A DNA stretch of 64,000 nucleotides, from positions 7,170 through 71,169 of the forward strand of contig CAZFYZ010000003.1 in assembly GCA_964523735.1 (NCBI GenBank). The letters run 5' to 3'. The notes beneath the pieces were generated by a model that ran no database searches, was not told the origin of the DNA, and was given only the letters and a program-made list of their open reading frames with translations. The DNA is from an uncultured bacterium. Its GTDB lineage: Bacteria > Armatimonadota > UBA5829. The position numbers and the translations under genes were made by a program. The stretch's first letter is position 1, and each line of letters starts with the position of its first letter. Of the stretch, positions 46,709 to 54,989 are shown piece after piece.

Positions 46709-47701
46709 CTAGACGATCATGTCCTCGCTGGAGGCGCGGAGGCTGATCTCGCCGGCCTCGTCGAGCTGGCGGGCGATGTTGACGATTCGGCTCTGAGCCG
46801 CTTCTACATCTCGCAGCTTGACAGGTCCGCTCGCCTCGAGATCCTCCTGCAGGGTCTCGGCGGCGCGCTGGGACATGTTGCGGAAGAAGACGTCTCTCAC
46901 CGTCTCCGGCGAGCCTTTCAGGGCCAATCGCATATCGTCCTGAGGAACGTCTCGCAGGATCACCTGAATGGACCGATCGTCGAGGTTGAGGATGTCCTCG
47001 AATACGAACATCTTCTCCTTGATGCGCTCGGCGACGCCCTCGTCGATGCGCTGAAGATATTCGAGTATCTTCTTCTCGGTGGATCGACCGGCGTTGTTGA
47101 GAATGCGTACTACCGAGTCGTTGCCGCCGACTTCGGTGAATGCGGCGCTGTCGGACTCCTTCATCTGCTGGAGCAGGACCTCGGAGACTTTGTTGACGAC
47201 GTCGGGATCAGTCGGCTGCATCATCGTGAGTCGCAGCGCCGATTCCCCCTGGAGGTGCTCGGGAAGCGAGGAGATCACCTGGGCGGCGTGGTCCGGCGCC
47301 AAGTGACCCAGAACCAGCGCCACTATCTGCGGCCGCTCGTATCGCAGCCCCTGGGCAAGTTGGCGAGCGTTGATCGTTTGCAGTGTGCGGACCGCTCCGG
47401 CATTACTGGTACCGGATGATAGCCGTGAGAGCACTTCCCGGGCCTTGCTCTCGCCGAAGACCTGTTCGAGGACCTCGCGGGCGTATTCGTGCCCACCCAT
47501 CGCCGTGTCTTCATAGAGCGCTTTCCGGCAATCTTCGAGGACCCGCTTCTTGAGCTCCGGCCTGATACGCTTGCGGCGGACGATCTCGGCCGTCAGCCGC
47601 TCAACCTCGTCCGGGCTCATCTGCTGAAGGACGGCGGATGACAGGTCTGCTCCAAGTGATATGAGTAGAACAGAAGCCTTCCCGATCCCAGACAGGGGCA
47701 T
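46709..47701 (-). CDS. fliG: flagellar motor switch protein FliG
   Basis: The C-terminal domain (ILNLDDRSIQVILRDVPQDDMRLALKGSPETVRDVFFRNMSQRAAETLQEDLEASGPVKLRDVEAAQSRIVNIARQLDEAGEI) aligns closely with E. coli FliG. The FliG N-terminal domain is also present. No other flagellar genes are adjacent. Confidence 0.85.
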   Translation of the reverse strand: MPLSGIGKASVLLISLGADLSSAVLQQMSPDEVERLTAEIVRRKRIRPELKKRVLEDCRKALYEDTAMGGHEYAREVLEQVFGESKAREVLSRLSSGTSNAGAVRTLQTINARQLAQGLRYERPQIVALVLGHLAPDHAAQVISSLPEHLQGESALRLTMMQPTDPDVVNKVSEVLLQQMKESDSAAFTEVGGNDSVVRILNNAGRSTEKKILEYLQRIDEGVAERIKEKMFVFEDILNLDDRSIQVILRDVPQDDMRLALKGSPETVRDVFFRNMSQRAAETLQEDLEASGPVKLRDVEAAQSRIVNIARQLDEAGEISLRASSEDMIV

Positions 47702-47829
47702 CCCCGCAGAATCCGGGACATCGGCTCTCTTGGCTTCCGGTGCTTCAACGCGCATAGGTTTCCTCTACATCAATCATCGGAATCTAACCCGCTCAAGTTT
47801 AGGTAACCCTCGCGCTGCAGGTTTCGTAT

Positions 47830-49821
47830 ATGGATGTGGCGAACACAGCCGCAGTAAGCATGACCGAAAGCAACACACAACCAACTATACCCGCTCCAGC
47901 ACCGGAGAACCTCGAAAAGAGGTTGTTCGGCGTCAGCCTCCGAGCGATTCTCATCGGGCTCGCCTCGACGGCGCTGGTCGATCTGTGGGTCCACTCGGCC
48001 GAACTCGTTCCGCGCAACAACACCGCGATCGTCAACACCTCGATCCCGGTCGGGCCGTTCAATGTGCTGTTCGCACTTGTGATCGTGAACGTGCTCATCA
48101 CACGGCTCGCGCCAAGATGGCGTCTCACTTCGCAGGAACTGCTGACTATCTACGTGATGTGCGCGGTCTCGACTGTGCTCTCATCATCGGGCGGCATCCA
48201 TTTTCTGATCCCGACCATCACCGCGGTCCACTACTTCGGCAACGCGAACAATCAATGGGCGGAGACCTTCGGCAAGGCAGTGCCGGACTGGCTGACTCAA
48301 AATGACCCTGATGCGCTCAAGGCATTCTACCTTGGCAGCAGCCAGGTGGATCTGTCGCGATGGGCGACTGAGATCGCCATTTGGTCCGCATTTCTCCTGG
48401 TCTTTGCCTGCGCCACGCTGTGTCTCTCGCTGATACTGCGAAAGCAGTGGATCGAGTCCGAGCATCTGCCCTTCCCGACGGTGACACTGCCTCTGGAGAT
48501 CGCAAGCGAGAAGACGCCGCTTTTCCGCAACTCGCTCTTCTGGATGGGCTTCGGGCTGCCTTTTCTGATCGTGTGCTGGAACACATTCCAGGCGAATTAC
48601 CCGGCCCTGCCTGGGTTCAGCCTGCGGGGAATCGACGTCACCAACAGCATAACCTCGCCCCCGTGGAACGCGATGGGGAGGCTGAAGTTCACGTTCTTCC
48701 CATTCGCCGTTGGCATCGGCTATCTGCTCTCCACGGAGGTAGTATTCAGCGTCTGGTTCTTCTACGTTGTGAGCAAGCTCCAGGCAGTCTTCGGCTCAGC
48801 GATGGGCTGGACGATTGGAACGGACCCGCAGAGCACTTTCCCGTATCTAACGTTCCAGGGTTCAGGCGCATTCCTGGGCCTGGCCGTGGCAAGCATCTGG
48901 ATATCGCGCCACCACCTCAAGAAGGTTTTCGCGTCCAGTTTCGGTCTGGGCCCTGATTTTGACCCGTTGGCGCGAAAGGCCGTCTATGGGCTGGCCGCCA
49001 GCGCCGTGGCAATGGTGACATTCACAGTCGTCGCGGGAGCATCCAGGCCCGTCGCGGCGCTCTTCGTGCTGCTGGTTCTGCTCTATCTGGTTGCAGCGAC
49101 TCGCATTCGGGCCGAGACGGGCAATGCGTGGCCGGCCGGCCCGGAGGTGGATGCGTTCAGGTTGATGGTCACAGTCGGCGGGAGCGCCGCGTTCAGCACA
49201 TCGGAGTTGACTGCCCTTTCCTACGTGCGGGCGGCTACGGCAGGACAGGACTTCAGGGGGGTCTGCATGCCCCACGAACTCGACGGGCTGAAGATAGCCG
49301 ATTCAGCCGGAATAAAGCCTGGCAAGCTCGCGGGCGCGATGGTCCTGGCGATCGCCTTCGGCGTGGTCGTTTCCTTCATCATCGCCCTGATCGTCTGGAC
49401 GCACCTGGGAGGACTGGCGAAGGCTGATCCCTGGCGAACAACCGCCGGTCAGCGGACGTTTGTACAACTCTCAAGCTGGCTCACGAGCCCAGTGAGGCCC
49501 AATGGCGGCGGCATGTTCGGAATAGGATTCGGGGCGGTATTCACTATGTTTCTGGCATGGATGCGCACGCGCTACGTCTGGTGGCCGTTCCACCCCGTAG
49601 GCTACTGCATGTCCAACACGTTCACTGCCTACAACCTCTGGTTCCCATCGCTGATCGCGTGGCTGGCAAAGGTCATGCTCACGCGATCGGGAGGGATGAA
49701 GCTCTACAGGCAGGCGCTGCCGTTCTTCCTAGGCCTGATCGCCGGCGACTTCATCGGGGGAGGACTCACGACGCTCATCGGGTGCCTGACCTCGATCAAC
49801 GTCTATCCGATGAACTGGTAG
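47830..49821 (+). CDS. large polytopic membrane protein of unknown function (663 aa, at least 14 TM)
   Basis: The ORF is intact with host codon usage. No family was recognised. Confidence 0.65.
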   Translation: MDVANTAAVSMTESNTQPTIPAPAPENLEKRLFGVSLRAILIGLASTALVDLWVHSAELVPRNNTAIVNTSIPVGPFNVLFALVIVNVLITRLAPRWRLTSQELLTIYVMCAVSTVLSSSGGIHFLIPTITAVHYFGNANNQWAETFGKAVPDWLTQNDPDALKAFYLGSSQVDLSRWATEIAIWSAFLLVFACATLCLSLILRKQWIESEHLPFPTVTLPLEIASEKTPLFRNSLFWMGFGLPFLIVCWNTFQANYPALPGFSLRGIDVTNSITSPPWNAMGRLKFTFFPFAVGIGYLLSTEVVFSVWFFYVVSKLQAVFGSAMGWTIGTDPQSTFPYLTFQGSGAFLGLAVASIWISRHHLKKVFASSFGLGPDFDPLARKAVYGLAASAVAMVTFTVVAGASRPVAALFVLLVLLYLVAATRIRAETGNAWPAGPEVDAFRLMVTVGGSAAFSTSELTALSYVRAATAGQDFRGVCMPHELDGLKIADSAGIKPGKLAGAMVLAIAFGVVVSFIIALIVWTHLGGLAKADPWRTTAGQRTFVQLSSWLTSPVRPNGGGMFGIGFGAVFTMFLAWMRTRYVWWPFHPVGYCMSNTFTAYNLWFPSLIAWLAKVMLTRSGGMKLYRQALPFFLGLIAGDFIGGGLTTLIGCLTSINVYPMNW

Positions 49822-49864
49822 CTATTGACAGTCACCGGTTGCCGGTATAGAATATAGGAGCCTC

Positions 49865-49950
49865 GGGGACGTGGCGGAATGGCAGACGCGCTTGGTTGAG
49901 GGCCAAGTGAGCTTAAGCTCATGTGAGTTCGACTCTCACCGTCCCCACCA
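49865..49950 (+). tRNA. tRNA-Leu (anticodon GAG), class II with long variable arm, CCA encoded
   Basis: The acceptor stem is GGGGACG/CGTCCCC. The anticodon stem CTTGG/CCAAG has the loop TTGAGGG, giving anticodon GAG. The T-arm is GTGAG-TTCGACT-CTCAC, with discriminator A plus CCA. The ORF-track ORF at 49871 starts inside it. Confidence 0.9.
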
Positions 49951-49957
49951 ATTGAGA

Positions 49958-49990
49958 GTCGCCGATCCGACCGGCGGCTTTTTCGTTTTG
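49958..49990 (+). terminator. hairpin + T-tract after the tRNA (GCCG-atccgac-CGGC TTTTTCGTTTT)
   Basis: Read directly from the sequence. Confidence 0.4.
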
Positions 49991-50062
49991 TGTCCTCTGG
50001 AACTGCCCCATCCTGAGCGCGTCTCGGTCTTCGACATTTGCATCACAGAAAGACACTATCCA

Positions 50063-52015
50063 ATGAGAAGACTGGTTCCCTTTCTGATTCTTTCCATCTG
50101 GCTCCTGGCTGCCGCGTGTGCATCGTTCGCGCAGGCTGGCGACAAGACGCCTGCTGCCGACGAAGTGCAGGCCGAGTTCGCGATGCCCATCTACCGCAAC
50201 CCTTCGAAGGCCGAGCTTACGGTGGTCGTCCCCAAGGCGATGGCCGAACTGCGCGCCGCTTCGGTCTCCGTTGTCTCTCCCGAGGGTAAGGAGGTCTGGA
50301 ACGGGAGCTTCAGGCTCTCACCCGGCCGCAACGCCTGTGTCCTGAAGAACATCGGCTCCATTTCTCCGGGACGCTATATGGCCACGGTCACGGTAGGGAA
50401 GACCTCGATGAAGCGCATGCTGCGCATCGAGCGCATCCCCGCAATGTCGCGGCCCACCGGTCCCATCGGCTTTCGCAAGATCTTCTTCACGCCCGATGAC
50501 TGGCTCTTCAAATCGATCCGCAACCTCGAGATTCGCTATTCCAAGCCCAAGCTTACGGAGGCCTACCACTCCTCCAGTCCCGACGTGGTGAACCTCTACG
50601 GCTCCTCCTTCGGCCGCACCGTCGACGGCACCTACGTGATCCGGGGTGTTGAGCACCCCTACCGCCGCGGCTATCTCTATTCCAGCGAACCCCGTAACTT
50701 CACGGTTCAGAGCCCGTCTCCCGATGGCCCATATGTGCCTGTCGAGACCGTGCCTAAGATAGAACCGTCGAAGGACATCTTCAAGAGTTACCATATCCTC
50801 GGATGGGCGGACGGAGGCCGTCAGTATGAGATGTATGACCCCGCCACTCACGGCACCTACGCCTTGAGCGACATCGGTATCATCCAGAACATAGAGGCCT
50901 ACGACTTCGGCTGCGTAAAAGCCGGTTATCGCACCTACTGGGTCGTTGCGAATACTTCGTCCGGCAAAACTGTTTTCCTCCGAAACACGCCGCTCTTCCG
51001 CGACGTTCCCCTCTACGGTGGCGACGATTTCGACAATGGCTTCACCACCAACGACAACTTCGGTAACTCGTGGCTCTCGGAAGATGGCAAAACGCTCTAC
51101 CTGGCCCGGGGCCAGACCGTACGCCGTTTCGCTCCCTACGACGTGCCTTACGATCTGCTGCCCAACAGTAGCCGCATACTCACCATCTACAGTACCGCCG
51201 ACGGCGTCGACTGGCATTACTGCCACTCCATCTCTTCGTGCGGTCCTATCGACGACCCGTTCTCGCAGCAGTACGGCGCCGACATTCAGTTCCTGCCTGA
51301 CGCCGGGCTCCATCTCGCTTTCGTCAACGCCTACGACAGCAAGAGCCAGCAGATCTATCTCGACCTGAAATACAGCCGCGACGGCATCAATTTCTACGAC
51401 TTCACCGACCCCGAACCGTTTGCCAAGACCGCCAATCCCTTCGACTGGTACTTTGGCGAGTTGTTCACCTCACATATTGTCCAGGTCGGCAACCGGTACT
51501 ATCAGCTTGCCTCCGGCTCCTCGCTACCGCACTATTTCGCCGAGCCCCTGTTCCGCCACAACTCGCAGAGCGAGATTACGGCCGAGGATTTCAAGTCCCT
51601 CTTCGCCAACCGCCGCTTCGCCGAGAGCCTTCCTTACTTCGAGTCGCTGGGCGGCTGGGAAGGTTTGGCCAAGCACGCGCGCAACGGCCATTACTCCGTG
51701 GGGGTGATGTCCTACCGTGCCGACGGCTGGTTCGGCGTCCGTGCCGGCAGCCGCGAGGGCGTCTTCGTCACCCGTCCCATCAAGGGAGGCGGCGCGCTCT
51801 CCGTCAACGCCTGTGTCGCCAAAGGTGGCCTGCTCTGCATAGAACTGCTGGATGCGAAGGGCCGTGTGCTCCGCGCCGCCACCATCCGGGGAGACAGCAT
51901 CAAATCCCCTGTCTTTGCGATGCCGGAAGGCGATTTCTGCCTCCGCGTCACTATGCGCCGCACCGACCTCTACACGATGTATATCGAACCGCGACCCCCT
52001 GTCGGTCGCAAGTGA
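50063..52015 (+). CDS. secreted hypothetical protein with atypical (C3-biased) codon usage
   Basis: The start is MRRLVPFLILSIWLLAAACASFAQA. Its codons are dominated by tcc, ttc, tac, acc, aac and gac, unlike the G3-biased neighbours. It lies immediately after tRNA-Leu. Confidence 0.7.
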   Translation: MRRLVPFLILSIWLLAAACASFAQAGDKTPAADEVQAEFAMPIYRNPSKAELTVVVPKAMAELRAASVSVVSPEGKEVWNGSFRLSPGRNACVLKNIGSISPGRYMATVTVGKTSMKRMLRIERIPAMSRPTGPIGFRKIFFTPDDWLFKSIRNLEIRYSKPKLTEAYHSSSPDVVNLYGSSFGRTVDGTYVIRGVEHPYRRGYLYSSEPRNFTVQSPSPDGPYVPVETVPKIEPSKDIFKSYHILGWADGGRQYEMYDPATHGTYALSDIGIIQNIEAYDFGCVKAGYRTYWVVANTSSGKTVFLRNTPLFRDVPLYGGDDFDNGFTTNDNFGNSWLSEDGKTLYLARGQTVRRFAPYDVPYDLLPNSSRILTIYSTADGVDWHYCHSISSCGPIDDPFSQQYGADIQFLPDAGLHLAFVNAYDSKSQQIYLDLKYSRDGINFYDFTDPEPFAKTANPFDWYFGELFTSHIVQVGNRYYQLASGSSLPHYFAEPLFRHNSQSEITAEDFKSLFANRRFAESLPYFESLGGWEGLAKHARNGHYSVGVMSYRADGWFGVRAGSREGVFVTRPIKGGGALSVNACVAKGGLLCIELLDAKGRVLRAATIRGDSIKSPVFAMPEGDFCLRVTMRRTDLYTMYIEPRPPVGRK

Positions 52016-52028
52016 TCGATCCTCACTA

Positions 52029-52057
52029 ACCTGGATTATGCATGAAGTGCATAATCC
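52029..52057. terminator. perfect palindrome CTGGATTATGCA-tgaag-TGCATAATCCAG between convergent genes
   Basis: 12-bp arms. It shares the GGATTATGC motif with 10590-10618 and lies in an AT-rich patch. Confidence 0.5.
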
Positions 52058-52233
52058 AGGGCTCGGAGAGCGAGATTGACTGCCCATCATATACCCATAT
52101 AGTGTTCTACTGATCTCAAAGCCTTTGTTATTGGAGCATTTGATGAAACACGTGCAGTACACAACCTGGTGATTGCGGAGCCCGTGGGCATGGGGAAGAC
52201 ATACATCCCCTCGCGATCTACGCCGGTGTCGTT

Positions 52234-52668
52234 GTGGAAGATCTGGTCCACTTTGGTCGTGCAGAGCTGGTCCTTGATGGTGACGTCCACGTAGTGATAT
52301 CTCACCGTGAAGAGCTGGTCCGGGACCAGGATGCCCGAGTGCTCCGCAGCGCACTCAAGCCGCTCTGGGGCAGTGAGGACCGTTTCCGCCTCCCGGATCA
52401 TCGGTCTCGGGACTCTCGGTGGGAGAGTGGAGTTTCTGAAGCTGGAGAACCTGGACCCAGGGCCCCGATCCTCACTGCAACCCGTCTCTGGCTCCTCGAT
52501 GAGCACCATTGGGACTCCCACCTCACCGCCCTCTGCCCTGGCTGCGGACACCGATTCGTCGTCAGAAACGAATGGATCGGGCAGGAGATCACCTGTCCAC
52601 TCGACGGCTGCGAAGAGCCCCTCAAGCTGAACCCCTTCGTCTGCGACCTGAGCGACTGGCTACACTGA
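52234..52668 (+). CDS. hypothetical protein with C-terminal zinc-ribbon (CPGCGH...17...CPLDGC)
   Basis: It competes with an antisense ORF at 52087-52551 on the minus strand. I could not decide which is real. The zinc-ribbon motif favours the plus frame. Confidence 0.3.
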   Translation: MEDLVHFGRAELVLDGDVHVVISHREELVRDQDARVLRSALKPLWGSEDRFRLPDHRSRDSRWESGVSEAGEPGPRAPILTATRLWLLDEHHWDSHLTALCPGCGHRFVVRNEWIGQEITCPLDGCEEPLKLNPFVCDLSDWLH

Positions 52669-52746
52669 GCAAAAGCGGAGGAATCAGCCCGCTCGCGTGC
52701 AAGTAGTCAGTAGGCAGGCAGCGCTGGACCTGCGCTGGAGGGAGAG

Positions 52747-54588
52747 ATGGGTAAGCCGCGAGCAGAGCGCCGGAGAGTCGTATGCCGCCCCGCAAGGTCT
52801 GCGTGGCTCAGGGCGATATCGCGGCTGTGGCAGAGATGGCAGTGGCCGGTGGTGCTGGCGCTGGGGGCACTGGCGTTGGGACTCGGCTGTGTCGGCTTCG
52901 GGAAGCTGTTCGCCCGGATCCACGAGCACCGCACGCCACTGGACATCCTCTACCTCTCGATTCAGCTCTTCGTGCTGGAGTCCGGGTCGGTTGTGGGACC
53001 CAAGACGTGGGAACTGGAGGTTGCCCGTATCCTCGCCCCAGCGCTCAGCTTCTGTGCCGCTATGGGAGCCCTGGCCGCTATCCTCCACGAGCATTTCCGT
53101 GCAATCCGGCTGTGGCGTCTGAGGAACCACGTGATCATCGGAGGTCTGGGCCGGAGGGGCCTGCTGCTTGCACGCGCATTCGCAGAGTGCGGCGAGCGGG
53201 CGGTGGTGATAGAGCAGGACGCCAACGCCCCGTTACTTGACCAGTGCCGCCAGGCGGGTGCGGAGGTGCTTATCGGCAGCGCGTGCGACGCCGGGACGCT
53301 GCGCACCGCGGGAGTGGACCGCGCGCGAAGCCTCATATGCGTCTGCGGCGAGGACGGCGCAAACGCCGAGATCGCGGCCAATGCTCGGTCGCTGTGCGTA
53401 GAAGCCGGGTCCGTCCTCAGCTGCTTCGTCCACATTACGGAACCCGAGCTGTGCCGTCTTCTTGGCGAGAGGCAGGTAGAGGCCGCCGGCGAGGCGCGGT
53501 TCAGGATGGAGTTCTTCAGCATCTACCAGTCTGGCGCGATGGCGATGCTCAAGCGGCATCCGATCCCCGCCGCTTCGCGCCTCTCCTCCGAGGAGCCACC
53601 TCATATCTTGCTGGTGGGCCTTGGGCGCATGGGCTGGAGCTTCCTGGCTCACGCGGCAAGGCAGTGGTGGTCGGCTCACAAAGGAGACGGCGGACGCCTC
53701 CGGGTGACCGTCGTGGATCGCCTGGTGGAGGAGAAAACGGAGTCTGTGCAGCTACGGTATCCTCGCTTAGCGCAGGCTTGCGAGCTCAGGGGGGTACGGG
53801 CCGATGTAGGCTCCCCCGGGTTCGACCGGGGCGAGTTTGCGTTCGACGACGAGGGCAAGTGCGTGATCGACGCTGCCTATGTCTGCCTCGACGACAACGC
53901 GCTTGGGCTGACCACCGCTCTGAAGCTGCTCAACCTGACCAGAGCGCACAGGGTTCCCATTGTCGTTAGGCTGAGCGAGGATGCCGGCCTTGCCGAACTG
54001 CTCAAGAGCAACGTCGACGGAGAAGACGGACTCGAGAACCTGCACACGTTCGGGCTGCTGGATGTCACATGCCAGCCGGACCTGGTGCTCGGCGGGGTCC
54101 ACGAGGTCATGGCGCGCGCGGTGCACGAGGGCTACCTCGAGGATCGCCGGAATGCCCACGACACGCCCGAGGGTAACCCCTCGATGGTCTCATGGGAGGA
54201 TCTACCCGAACGGCTGAGGGAATCGTGTCGCCGCCAAGCCGACCATATCTGGGAGAAGCTCAGCGCCGTTCGCTGCGGTGTGGCGCCGCTCTCGGACTGG
54301 GAGGCGGAGAGCTTCAGGTTTACCAATGACGAGGTGGAGCAGCTGGCACAGATGGAGCACGACAGATGGATGGACGATCTGCGTTCCCAGGGCTGGCGCT
54401 TTGCCCCGGGAAAGAAGAGCGAGAGGAACAAGACCCACCCCTGCATTCTCCCCTGGGAGCAGCTTCCCGATGACATCCGAGACATTGACCGCAACGCCGT
54501 CCGCTGCATTCCGCACGAACTCACAAGGGCGGGGCTGGAGATCCGGCGCGTGGCGACGGCTGAGTCAGAGATGAAGGAGACGGTGTGA
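52747..54588 (+). CDS. membrane-anchored protein with two TrkA-N/Rossmann NAD-binding-like domains and two C-terminal RyR (ryanodine-receptor-type, PF02026-like) domains
   Basis: N-terminal TM helix. The Rossmann motif is VIIGGLGRRGLLLARAF. The C-terminal repeats (AHDTPEGNPSMVSWEDLPERLRESCRRQADHIWEKL and EHDRWMDDLRSQGWRFAPGKKSERNKTHPCILPWEQLPDDIRDIDRNAV) match the RyR domain pattern (W...GW..G......K.HP.L.P...LPE..K..D). Confidence 0.7.
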   Translation: MGKPRAERRRVVCRPARSAWLRAISRLWQRWQWPVVLALGALALGLGCVGFGKLFARIHEHRTPLDILYLSIQLFVLESGSVVGPKTWELEVARILAPALSFCAAMGALAAILHEHFRAIRLWRLRNHVIIGGLGRRGLLLARAFAECGERAVVIEQDANAPLLDQCRQAGAEVLIGSACDAGTLRTAGVDRARSLICVCGEDGANAEIAANARSLCVEAGSVLSCFVHITEPELCRLLGERQVEAAGEARFRMEFFSIYQSGAMAMLKRHPIPAASRLSSEEPPHILLVGLGRMGWSFLAHAARQWWSAHKGDGGRLRVTVVDRLVEEKTESVQLRYPRLAQACELRGVRADVGSPGFDRGEFAFDDEGKCVIDAAYVCLDDNALGLTTALKLLNLTRAHRVPIVVRLSEDAGLAELLKSNVDGEDGLENLHTFGLLDVTCQPDLVLGGVHEVMARAVHEGYLEDRRNAHDTPEGNPSMVSWEDLPERLRESCRRQADHIWEKLSAVRCGVAPLSDWEAESFRFTNDEVEQLAQMEHDRWMDDLRSQGWRFAPGKKSERNKTHPCILPWEQLPDDIRDIDRNAVRCIPHELTRAGLEIRRVATAESEMKETV

Positions 54589-54989
54589 TTGACCATCAGA
54601 CAAGCCAGGCTCAAGCGACGGCGCCCTTGGCCGGACATCGCTAGTGCTCTACTGCCTGATCCGCAGGAAGAACGACAGAGGTGTCGATATCAGCAAGAAG
54701 AAACAGGGCTTCTGGGTCTTGGTTTGCGTACGGGAGAGCCTCAAGGATCAGCACGTCGACCCCGAGGACGTAGAGATCGTTGATGCGGGTGAGTAGCGAC
54801 AGCCTGGCGATCGGCGTGTGGCACGAGGCGTAACGGGTCAGCCATGACATAGACATATCACCGTGCGCCATACGTCCGACGGTGGCTCGGATGTTCGAGG
54901 AACACGGAAAGCCGTTGAAGAAGAACTACTCAGTGATCAATGAGCTTGCAGACAAGGGCGCAGCATTCCAACGGCTCGCGTCAGCCGCG

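Noticed and set aside
49871-50062. N-terminal extension of the ORF 49871-52015
   Set aside because: It starts inside tRNA-Leu and runs through the tRNA terminator. The real start is ATG 50063, followed by a signal peptide.
52087-52551. Minus-strand 154-aa ORF antisense to the zinc-ribbon ORF
   Set aside because: Its C-terminal third lies in the AT-rich patch and uses rare codons, and its N-terminus is low complexity. It is kept only as an alternative to the 52234-52668 call, and both are low confidence.
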